NCBI GenBank assembly: GCA_020137815.1
Contig: CM035350.1
Coordinates: forward strand, 5,270,001-5,334,000
Reading direction: 5' to 3'
Origin: Hormiphora californensis
Lineage: Eukaryota; Animalia; Ctenophora
DNA length: 64,000 nucleotides
Part shown: one piece after another, positions 1 to 11,620 of the stretch
Numbering within the stretch: position 1 is the first letter of the stretch
How the letters are laid out: each line of letters opens with the position of its first letter
The notes under the pieces: generated by a model
What the model saw: the letters and a program-made list of their open reading frames with translations, nothing else
Told to the model about the DNA's origin: nothing
Database searches by the model: none
Made by a program: the position numbers and the translations under genes

Positions 1-211
1 GAGCATTTCTGTTGTAAACCTAGGGTGCATTTACCATATAATGTGAAATTGTGCACTAACTCTTTAGGATGTTACACAGATGAATGAAACATACTTTCTC
101 TCACACACTGAGCAATGAATAGGACTGGCACGTGATTCTCTGCAATTTGTAGTACGAATCGTAGAGAATTGTAGTACAATATCGTGGTAATGGTATGATG
201 GGTGAATAATA

Positions 212-1089
212 ACGTGTTGGGCAAAAAAAATGTCCCCCCTAGACTAGCATAGTTCCAGATATCGTAGAGCTCTAAAATTTTACACAGTTACTCTATGGGA
301 CAAATAAATAAGTTCCACAAAATTTCAGACTTTTAGCTCAAAGTTCATTTTTTTGATCGGAATGAACATTGTTATTCATTCCAAAAAACATAATTTTTCG
401 GTCCAGAAGCCAAGCAATTGTCTTTGGCTCTCGATTTTCTTTCAAATGCGACCAAGAAAAGCCAAAACGGACAACCACAAGGCACACAGTGGTCATGTTT
501 CTGACAGTTAGTCAGGTCATGTGATCCCCATCGAATCGTGAGTTGCTAATCAGGCTTAGTGGGGAAGAATCACGTATCACAGTCGCTAATGAGGGATGTG
601 TGTCGAAAAAGCGACATGTGATTCGGGAGCACTTGGGTAAAGAGGCCACTTGTTAATGAGCTTCGGATCTCATGACCAATAGTCATCGTCATCCCTCATT
701 AGCAGCTGTGATACGTGATTCTCCACCATTAAGCCTGATTAGCAATTCTGAATAAATTACACGATTCGGTGGGGATCACATGACCTGACTAACTGTCAGA
801 AACATGACCACTGTGTGCCTTGTGGTTGTCCGTTTTGGCTTTTCTTGGTCGCATTTGAAAGAAAATCGAGAGCCAAAGACAATTGCTTGGCTTCTGGACC
901 AAAAAAATTATGTTTTTTGGAATGAATAACAATGTTCATTCCGATAAAAAAAATGAACTTTGAGCTAAAAGTCTGAAATTTTGTGGAACTTATTTATTTG
1001 TCCCATAGAGTAACTGTGTAAAATTTTAGAGCTCTACGATATCTGGAACTATGCTAGTCTAGGGGGGACATTTTTTTTGCCCAACACGT
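212..1089. mobile_element. Foldback/MITE-type non-autonomous DNA transposon (Tc1/mariner-like, TA target duplication)
   Basis: Near-perfect inverted arms of about 330 bp (ACGTGTTGGGCAAAAAAAATGTCCCCCCTAG ... CTAGGGGGGACATTTTTTTTGCCCAACACGT) extending imperfectly to a short core; flanked by TA at 210-211 and 1090-1091; no ORF. Confidence 0.85.
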
Positions 1090-1222
1090 TAGCAATTAGC
1101 AAGGAACAAATAATACGTGGAGCAGTTTTACTTGATCTAGTCAAATGGAATGTAGTCTAACTTTTACCCAGTCGCACAAAGAACACAAGCAGCTATCTTG
1201 TAATGTGGGCTTGTATCTTGTA

Positions 1223-1226
<4 letters not shown>

Positions 1227-1317
<91 letters not shown>

Positions 1318-1389
1318 TCGTTCATGTAACAAGGTTTGGGCGGGGAGGGAGAGAGGAATGAAGGTTTGAGAGCTCAGGTGTTTGTTGAT

Positions 1390-1447
<58 letters not shown>

Positions 1448-1526
1448 GAGAGAGAGAGAGTTGACGTGTATTATAACTGTAAGTGGATAAACGCACTGTG
1501 TTCCCGTGGGCTGGTGTTGACAGTTG

Positions 1527-1599
<73 letters not shown>

Positions 1600-1608
1600 C
1601 CTCTCTCT
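1227..1608. repeat. (AG)n/(CT)n microsatellite cluster
   Basis: Direct reading; source of the spurious ERER/LSLS ORFs. Confidence 0.95.
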
Positions 1609-2700
1609 CACCCGGTATCTCGTGTAAAAGCTACTTGAGGCAAGGGCCAGATAACTCTGTTATTAATCAAAAAGGAGATCTGTTTGTTCTCTGTTATACA
1701 TTGTACAATTGTACATATATTCCCTCAACTAAAAGGTCAAGGTACACCCACACGTCATATGTTCCCTAACTTTTGGTTAGGCTCTGACACACAGTGTGAA
1801 GTGAGGCAACTAGGCAAGACTAGCTCTAATTTATAAAACTCTGCAGCAGACTGAATTGTAGACAGGCTAACATTGTATACTAAAGATCAACGTGCCTCGT
1901 GCATAATGTGTGTCTTCCCTACACTGCTGCTGGAGTGTACCCAATTTAAACCATGTATGATCCATGCATGCACGATTATCTCCCTGCCAGAGGTAATTAC
2001 ATTCCAATAACGTTACAATAAAAGCAAAGGCGCACACGTAATCCTATAATAATCTCATTACACCTGTCAAGAGATAGAGAGAAAGAGGGAGAGAGATAGA
2101 GGTAGAAAGACAGAGAGAATCTACGGATTTTTCGACTATTGGTATAGTCTTGTTGGATAGTAGCCAGGGGTTAGAAGTAGAAATAGGCAAGATCAACGAA
2201 CAAACTAAGGATAGAATTGCTTGATGGGGCCGTACGGGGCCAAAAGAAGTGAGGGCGAGTTTTGTAAAAGAAGCCAATGGATTTTCATACCGGCTTGTTT
2301 CGCTATTACCATCCATAGGGGCTATTCTTCAAAGCTTTCCTCCCATTCTTACCCCACACAAGGCCGCAGTACACAGGAATAGAATTATGGAAAGAGAGAG
2401 AGAGGTAGAAAGTTATGGAGAGAGAGAGAGAGAGAGGGGGAGGGAGGACAAAAGGCTGATGATTTGATACACGGCCTAAACATCTACCCTGGCCCATTTT
2501 GATTCTCTCATTCTCCCTAACCCTTTCTCTCGTTCTCCCTTTCTCTAGTTCTCTCTTTCTCGTTCTCCCTTTCTCTCCATCTCATTGTAACTCCCCGAAT
2601 TCGAAATGATATCAGTGATATAATTTCGGGGAGTTACACCCCATCACCACATTTACCCACAAGTTGGTCCAGCAAAAACACATGCCAGGTCAACTAAATA

Positions 2701-2883
2701 CTTGGTGTTCACTTGGTGTTCACTTGGTGTTCACTTGGTGTTCACTCGGTGTTCACTTGGTGTTCACTTGGTGTTCACTTGGTGTTCACTTGGTGTTCAC
2801 TTGGTGTTCACTTGGTGTTCACTCGGTGTTCACTTGGTGTTCACTTGGTGTTCACTTGGTGTTCACCTGGTGTTCACTTGGTG
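2701..2883. repeat. 11-bp minisatellite (CTTGGTGTTCA)n
   Basis: About 16 tandem copies with occasional single substitutions. Confidence 0.95.
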
Positions 2884-3124
2884 TACAGTCAGTTTTACTG
2901 TTCGCGTAATTCAAAAAGTGTTCAGAGAATTTACATAATTAATCCTAGAATACAGGCGAGTCGGCATGGCGGGTGAGCCGAGAGAGAGGCGAGAGCAGTA
3001 GCCAACAATTGAATCCATTGGGAGGCATTGTAGTGTGAAAGATAGAATGCAGCAGCTAGGAACAATGGAACAATGGAACAATAATAAATATTAAATACAC
3101 TCAAATGTTAAAATCAACTGGAAG

Positions 3125-4197
3125 CTAACTTGAGACCTCCTCTTCCTCCTTCTTTCCAGCTAGTTTCTGTAATCCCTCTTGGTGGACGCTCATGGCAACT
3201 AGACCAAGTGAACAAACAGTAATACCAAGTCGCTCGTAGAAGCCTTGTGTGCCACTAAGAGAGCTGAAGTGAAGTGTAGAAATACCACCGGAGACACACA
3301 CCTGCACAGTAAAACTCGATATAATACAAGCTGGGTTTAGAGAGTCGATCATTGAGATCTTGTTGAGTGTCAATGCTAACTGTTGCAAAAGTCATAATGT
3401 AAAACAACAAAACAAAGTGAGAGTTATAATACCTTGGCAAGGTGCCGTACCAGTGTCGACCCTATTGCTAGTCCCCTGAACTCTGGTTTCACATAGAGAT
3501 CCTCTAGGTATAGAGAGCGTCCCCTCCACCCGTAGCTCGGGGTGGTCACTGCTATCCCCAGAATACCTGCTGAACACGTGCAGTGGTGGGCTATAGTTCT
3601 ATGGAACATCCCTGTAGCCATATTTTAGCAATAGCATTCACCCACTCCGATCCAATTGTGCAGCTCCTGAGCTCCTTTCCCAAACACCCGTCAAAATTGT
3701 CCAGACCTACACCAAGGTGACCTACCTACAGACAGTGACAGTCTGAGACACATGCACAGTTGCACACCTACAGCTCACACCTTGTTGACCTACCTACAGA
3801 CAGTGTCTGAGACACATACACAGTTGCACACCTACCCGTGTTCTCGTCCCGTACCATGTAGACGGTAAAGGCAGGAGGGATGGAGCTGTGTGTAGGCCAT
3901 CCATCCCTTATATACGTCCCCTTATCCACCGTCACTGTTTCACCGTTCTCCCTTGCAAATGCCTGGTTTACATGTTGTATTGAAGGGGTTCACTTTCGGA
4001 TTGGTTGCCCTGAACGATCAGATTCCCGACCCGGTGACCCAATCCCCCTTTTTGTTCATAACTTCGTTCTCTAGCTCACACAACTACTAAACCACTACTA
4101 TTATACCCTAAACTAGCAGTATGTATACCTGTAACAGTTTGAAGATCTCTGAAGCATGGTCCCTGGTGGCAATGGTGACTGTCCAGTTTCTAGACAT
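3125..4197 (-). CDS. GNAT-family N-acetyltransferase, spermidine/spermine (SSAT/thialysine) acetyltransferase-like; 4 exons
   Basis: Exons 4197-4129 (MSRNWTVTIATRDHASEIFKLLQ), 3962-3836, about 3569-3433 (GRSLYLEDLYVKPEFRGLAIGSTL, SSAT-type motif A) and 3301-3125 (GFYERLG, motif B); GT-AG sites keep frame. Confidence 0.85.
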
Positions 4198-4994
4198 GCT
4201 CCGTGTAAACAGGTCAGTATCCAGCGCCAAGCTGGGAAAGAGGGGGTCATGATTAATTTGTTTCGCAAGATCCAAGATACTTCATATAAAACTTCTCAGT
4301 TTCAGAATTAGATATTCATTGAAGAATCCAAGCCATCTAAAAAATTGTCTTCAACTATTTCAGACGATAAATTCCCATATTTGGGGCGTTGTATATTTGA
4401 AGTTGATAGCACTATAATAACAGCAAGAAGATAACAACAAAGCACCAACATGAAGCTGTATCATCTTGTTGAGTAAGGGGTTCCTCGCCCCTTACTCAAA
4501 AAGCACCACATCCAGGTAGGTGACGGGTCTAATAATTATGGGATGACGACCTCCTCGCGACCACATTAGAGAAGGGGGCAACATAGGTGCAGACTCTGTA
4601 CTACAGACTCTGCAGACACTGTACGATTATCATTATACTAGAAAGCCCATTGTTAAGTCCTACAACAGCCCCCCCACCCGTCTCTTATATGTCTCTCTCC
4701 CCCTCTCACTCTTCGTCTCTCCATGTCGGGGTAAAGAATACGGAGGTTAGTACTTGTAGAGCGCTGGTGATAAACATTAAGGGAAATCCCGCTGAATAAC
4801 ATGTTGAATCAGGTGATAAAGATCCGTAGAATTGTAGCTGTGTAGAGAATCAACGGGGTACGTAGGTAGAAAGGCTTTGGCAATCATGGGGGCCCCAGCA
4901 GTAGATCATAAAACACCAACAACAACAACCACAGGAACACGCAACAAACAACCAACAACATGCACGTGCAGTATCCCCCCACAACCTCCAATAC

Positions 4995-5520
4995 CCCTTC
5001 CAAGCCACCTCCTTGGCAACCCCCACCATTTGCACGTGGGATACTCCATACTCATCACGCCACGCATTTGTACTTTATAATAAGGACTAGAAAACCCGTT
5101 GAAATAGAGCACCCGTTGACCCGAATCCCCCACCCCCTCACCCAGGAGCACCCCGCTCACCCACTGCACCAACCCGCACGTGCAGCCTTCAATCACCCGC
5201 TGCGTAGCTGGGCTATTGCACCTCCTTGGCAACCCCCCACCATTTGCACGTGGGATACGACATCATCACCACGCCACGCATTTGCAAATTATAATAAGGA
5301 CTAGAAAACCCGTTGAAGTAGAGCACCCGTTGACCCAAATTCCCACACTCTCCCTCACCCAGAAGCACCCCTCTCACCCACTGCACCAACCCGCACGTGC
5401 AGCCTTCAATCACCCGCTGCGTAGCTGGGCTATGGCACCTCCTTGGCAACCCCCCTCTATTTGCACGTGATGATAGGACATCACCCTCCTCATCACGACG
5501 TTCATTTGTACTTTATAATA
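4995..5520. repeat. Tandem repeat, unit about 215 bp, about 2.4 copies
   Basis: CCTCCTTGGCAACCCCC recurs near 5008, 5221 and 5438 with conserved intervening sequence. Confidence 0.85.
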
Positions 5521-5937
5521 TAGATACTGGGTTGTGTTAGAGAAGGGGGCCAGTTTAATCACAATTATTTAGACACGTGACACGCAACACTGCCAGCTAC
5601 ATAGTAGTCTTCATAGAGAAGCTTCTAGACCTGTGTGTGTCATGATACAAACGCTTGAAGAGATCTGCACTGAGGACCTCAGTGATGAGTGAGGTATGCT
5701 GAGCGAGGACCTCAGCATACCTCAAAGTCAGACCTCAGTGAGGTATGCTGAGCAGTGAGCGATACAGAATGACTGAATGAGGTTCATTGCAAATGTGATG
5801 GGTTATCAATCTCAGTGTCACAGGCAACAGGCACTAGCAGGAGCATGATATGCCAAATAGTACGATCCTTGTTATAGCTAATAAGTCATTGGCTCAATGC
5901 TTTCGCTTTCTCTCTCCCTCCCTCTCTCTCCCTCTCT

Positions 5938-5978
<41 letters not shown>

Positions 5979-6526
5979 TCCCTCTCTCTCTCCCTCCCTC
6001 CCTCACCCTCTCTCTTTAATAGGTGGCAAAGTAACTACATTGCTAGTAATAATTATAGTGTACCATCATATATATCGATGACATGTTGTCGGGGACTGGA
6101 GGGTAAAGATCCTTCATCCTTCGCCAATTTAACTGGAGGGTAAATTATAGTTGCCTCCCACCAAAATGTCTGAGAGACTGTCAGAGCATTGGCCTGACCC
6201 TATTCTTATCTCTTTCAAATAAGCGCGAGAACTGCAGTGGTCAGAGCATTTGCCTGATATTCTTGTCTGTCTCCCTGGCCTGGGTGACGCCCCTTTTCTA
6301 CCCAATATGTCTATATCATTTGGAGATAGATAGATGTCTGTCACCGACGGCCCTCCCCCTTCCAGAACAACGTCACAAACTATTTCCTTGTGTAGCGCAC
6401 ACTGCACAGACCAACTATTTCCGGGAAATTCGCATAAATGGGAAGCTGATGAGTTGGCATCCGGAATGTCAAATGGCATTGTTAATACAGTATTGTGATA
6501 GGGAGACTGGAATACGGGAGAGAGAG

Positions 6527-6930
<404 letters not shown>

Positions 6931-7736
6931 TGTCTACCATCCTGGTCTAATAATTCGTTTACCACTCTTTTCAAGGTAAATTGAAAGGCACACATGTGTA
7001 TGAAACTACCGATACGTCCTGTCAACTCCCATCAACGTTTTACTGTGATTTCATAGAGAGATTATAAAGAAGATAGTTGGAGAGAGAAAGAGAGTCAAAG
7101 AGAGAGTCTTTGTCATGTATTGCCCCGTTTTTTACTGCCTTTTGCGTCATACGGAAATCTTTAGCCCCATGGGACCCACAATTTTATAACTTAATTCGCC
7201 ATTTCCCCGACACCTCACGGAATGTTGTTTACATGGCTTGTCTCGCGATTTCCTTCACATTGTGTTGTAATGCTGGGGGAGAAAACACAGAGCTCAGTTA
7301 GTAGCATGGTTAGGTAAACGTAGGGAAATTTTGCTGGCATGTAGGCCAAGTTCTAAGAAGACCTCTGTAAATCTTCCTAACCGTGGGATAGAACCAGTAA
7401 CCGGAATTAATCCATAGAAATGTTTTTTCGGCATTCATTTGTTCTTTTTTCTCTTGTCTGAAGTTTAACTTTGAGGTGTGTAGGCCATTTCCCAAAAACT
7501 ATTCCACATGTCCCACTGTCAGCTCCGTGTCGACACCGGCTCCTGCAATATGTGTGTTTTGCTCTCAAATTGAGTTACCTCCTTTGCGTTTACTGGTGCT
7601 GAATGCTTTGCTCCCCAGCTCCTCTCTTGTGCCGTACCTCTCTTGTAGCCCCCTTACCCTTTTGTCTTGAACCTCTCTTTTTATCCCTGTTCGGACCTTA
7701 GCTCGTCTGAAGCAGTAACTATAGAGAGAGCTAGAT

Positions 7737-10700
7737 ATGGAGGCCTTGCTAAAACGAAAAGGTATGCGGTAGTGAGTTGGTGGTGATGTCATGTATTGAG
7801 TAGTGAAGTGGAGGTGAAATCAACGATCCTTCATAATTCTAAAGTTCTCCTTCTGTTTTCCTCCAGGTGGTGGTGCAACTACAGGAGGATGGGGAAAAGT
7901 AAAAACGAAATTAAACATCACAACCCCCGAAAGAAAACCGGAGAATGAGTTTGCGTAAGTTGGTCATGACAGTGATGCTGAATTTAGCCGAATTTAGCCA
8001 AGTGAATTATTGAGATCTTGATCTTACTCAGGAAGATTTCAATGCCACTAAAAACTTAATCAATATCAGGTTAACTGATATTCTCTCTTCTCTGAAACCG
8101 CTCTCTGAAACCGCTTGTTTCACTTTGTTCAATATCAGGTTATGTAGTATCTAACTTTAAAACGTATGCAGGAAGCTGGCACTGAGGATGATGAAATCTA
8201 AGAGTGAGGCTGAGGTGGAACTGATGGAGAAGAAGCTGAAAAAGAAACCAGAACCTCGACAGAAAACGGAATATGAGCTTATGAAGGAAAGTAAGTGAGA
8301 CCATCGAGCCTTTCCAAAAGAATTTTTGAAATGCTTTCGAATAGAATATTTTTTTGTTCTGTCTGGAATTATCCAGTCAGTGTGGGATGCGTGGAACTGA
8401 GTTTAAAAGGTTTTTAAATTCCAAAAAGTATAAGGCCATACGTCAAGCAAAAACATGTGTAATATGCATGTGTAATTAGTTTAAATATTTGTTCGCATAA
8501 TGTTAAATTTGTGCTCGTTATAAGTACACTAGACCGCGTCTGTAAAACATGCAGATGCTAAGTAGCGGAAATTAAAGTGTTCCTAACTTGCCAACCTATG
8601 ATGTGGCAATCACACCCCACGCCACCAATATCTGACAACCACCCCCCCCCCCCCCCCACACTAATATATCATCTCCAGAGTTGAGGCATGTCGAGTTCTC
8701 GGACGAGGAAAAGGGATTCCTAACGAAGGAGCAGATGGAGATGATTTCTGTCAAGATTGCGGAGTGCAAAAAGTGGCTCGTGGAAATTGAACGAGAGGGA
8801 AAACAGAAGGGCAGGCTGCTGGGAGATTATATCGGCGATTATTCCGAGTAAGAACAGGGAGGAAGGAGAGAGGGAAAAGTTACTAATATTTAGTACACAA
8901 ATCCATTTTAATGCCGAGTCCACTGTGATTCACACGTCAATATTTTGTAGCTGGGATGTTGATGTGGAGTTCCTGAGGAAATCTGGTCTGAACATTGACC
9001 TTGATAGCCTGCTACAAGCCCGGAAGAGGTCCATCATCGCTACCTTGTTCTATGATCCAGATGAGGCCGCGAGACGGGCCGAACTTGAAAGGGTGGGTTT
9101 AGGGATAACATATTACCAGATACACCATATACGTTCTCACGGCATTTTCATCATGTTTAGGAGGCTGAGCGACGACGATTGGAGCGAGAGGCTGAACTTG
9201 AAGCTAAGAGACGAGAAACGGAGGAAAAACGACTGGCTGCCCTTGAGCTAGAGAGAAAGAAACTAATGGAGGATCAGGAACAAAAAGAGAGGAGGTAAGA
9301 AACCTATAGTTGCTGCGTTGCCTAGCTAGACTGCCACTGTTGAACAAAACAAAGTTGCTGTGTTGCCTATGTTGTTGCCTATGTGTTGCCCTAGCTCTAA
9401 GGTAATAACCCTGAAAAACCTACATGCATGAAATTGTTGTTATTATACTTATTATTAACAGGCTGAGAGAAGAGGAAGAGAAGAGGAATGCTGAAAGTAG
9501 GAAGAAGGAGAAGGAACTACAGGAATATGCGGAGAACGAGAGGAAGAGATTGCAACTTGAAGATCTGAGGAGAAACCAGGCAGAGCAGGAAAACGCAGCC
9601 AGGAGGCAGAAAATGATGAGAAAGTTCTCAACCGCTGAACCGGTACTATATCAATTAGTTACCCAGAATTTTAATGACTTTCTAACTTACCTTAGCCAAG
9701 TTGTACTTGTAATTCCTCTACTCAGCCTGCCGAAAAAGAGGAAGTTGATGTGGGCAAGCTCAACTTCGAAGGTCTGGAACAAAAAGATCACAAATCAAGG
9801 CGACGATCTGTCGGCAAGCTTGAAAATCCTTGGGAGAAAATGGGCGGACAGCCAAAAAACAGGAGCAGGAGGCAAAGCAAGGTACTATACTCCTTCTTCT
9901 TACTATTTCTCTCTCCCGCTCACATATCTCTATTGCTTCCTGTCCGTATTTCTCTTTAGTCTTTATCTCTTTAGCTCTCGACCCCTCCCCATCTCTGATC
10001 CCCAGTTGTTCTATTTTCTACCACACATATCGATGTTATCCCATTCCTCCATCTCTCTCTTTCTCTATCTCTCCCCCCCCTGATTTTTCTGTAATCACTT
10101 CCTGCTATCCAGGTGGGTAAGCTGAACAGCCCTTACGAAGGAGGAAGCAACCCCTGGAGCAAGACCAGCAGTAGGGACACCAGCCGATCAGGCAGTAGAC
10201 GGGTGAGTTACACATGAGTTACACATGAGTTACACATGAGTTACACATGAGTTACACATGAGTTACACATGCAACATGTCACATTGTCACACTGGTATCT
10301 GGTGGGGCTAGATGAGGCCCTAGGCACAGCTGTTTAGTATGATAAGTCGAGGAGAAGAAATTGAAATACTAAAACAGTAAAACGTTAAAAGAGGTCTGAT
10401 CAATGTTATGAAGCAATAAAACTGATATATAACACGTGTTTCAGAACTCACAGTCAGGAGAGCCTTCCGAGCCCATTACCACTCAGCCCGAATTTCTACA
10501 GGTCAGTCTGACACGTGTAATTATTTGAACATTCTGCACGTGCAACTGTTAAAACATTTTGCACGTGCAGTTGTTGTCACAATAAGCCTACACGCTTATT
10601 AGTCTTGAAAATCAACACAGTATTGGAATGAACCAAAAAATGAACTGTAAGGATTAAAGTATGTGTGTGAGTGTGTGTGCCCGTCTACTTATTCTGTATC

Positions 10701-10784
10701 ATGACCATTCTTCAGGCGCTTGCGGGTCTCGAAGACCTAGCTGCCATGGCATCTCGATACGATGACTACGGCAGTGATGAATAA
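7737..10784 (+). CDS. Uncharacterised E/K/R-rich coiled-coil (single-alpha-helix-like) protein; 11 exons
   Basis: Exons at about 7737-7761, 7868-7954, 8172-8290, 8680-8846, 8951-9092, 9161-9294, 9462-9641, 9726-9881, 10113-10202, 10445-10501 and 10716-10784 join in frame from MEALLKRK to YDDYGSDE*, all at GT-AG sites. Confidence 0.8.
10204..10271. repeat. 11-bp minisatellite (TGAGTTACACA)n starting at a splice donor
   Basis: Six copies beginning within the donor GTGAGT. Confidence 0.9.
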
Positions 10785-10785
10785 T

Positions 10786-10970
10786 TCAAAAGTGAAACTA
10801 AACTTAGTGTGCGCCTGACTGTCAAAGTGAAAGTGAAACTAGTGTGTGATGGACTGTGAAAGTGAAAGTGATACCAGTGTCCAGTGTGCGCCGGACTGTC
10901 AAAGAGAAACCATGGTGCACAGGATTGTGAAAGTGAAAGTAGCGTGCACAGGACTGTGAAAGTGAAACTA
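10786..10970. repeat. Degenerate AAAGTGAAA-containing tandem repeat directly after the stop codon
   Basis: Repeated GTGTGC...GACTGT(C/G)AAAGTGAAA units. Confidence 0.7.
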
Positions 10971-11620
10971 GGTTGCAGGTGGGTATCTGCATGACAACTT
11001 TTCATTCTTATTGGGCGTGATTATGATTAAGAGATTCAGTATTAGCATGATAGCAATAGTGAGTTATAAAGTCCGAACTTTGAGTGAAAGTTGAGTGTGG
11101 ACCATTGTTTGTTTGTCTGTTTTTGTTGTTCTTGTATGAAATAATATATAGGCATGTTTTTCCATTGAATTACCAATATGCCACATGACACACGATTAGA
11201 TTCCCCTAGCCATAACGCATTTGGTAACTGCGCCTCCTTTTTTAGGGGAAGGAAGAGAGATTGATTGAATTTTTGTATGCGAGAGAGAATTGTAATGCAT
11301 TTCTGAATTCTGTGAGTGAAAGAAATACCGAACAAAACGTTTTATTTTTTCATCGCTAAGCTAATTTGCTTCACATATCTCGATGCCTACAGGAGAAAAA
11401 GGCGTCAAAAACAGCTCGTAACTGGCTGAGTTACAAAAACAACACACACCACATATAGCACTTTTTCTAAACATTATTTAGGGAGAGGGTACAGGACCAT
11501 TCAGGGCATATCTCCAAAAAATTGTTGAAGCGTTTCCCCGAAGGATCTGGAGAGGATCAGGAATGTCTTGAAATTCGTCTTCAGTCTCATTTTCTCTCCA
11601 ATACCAGTCACAACATATCT

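Noticed and set aside
2586-2638. Short hairpins here and at about 34504-34670, 46358-46414 and 59468-59514 as ncRNA genes
   Set aside because: No tRNA, snRNA or miRNA hallmarks; more likely tiny MITE remnants.
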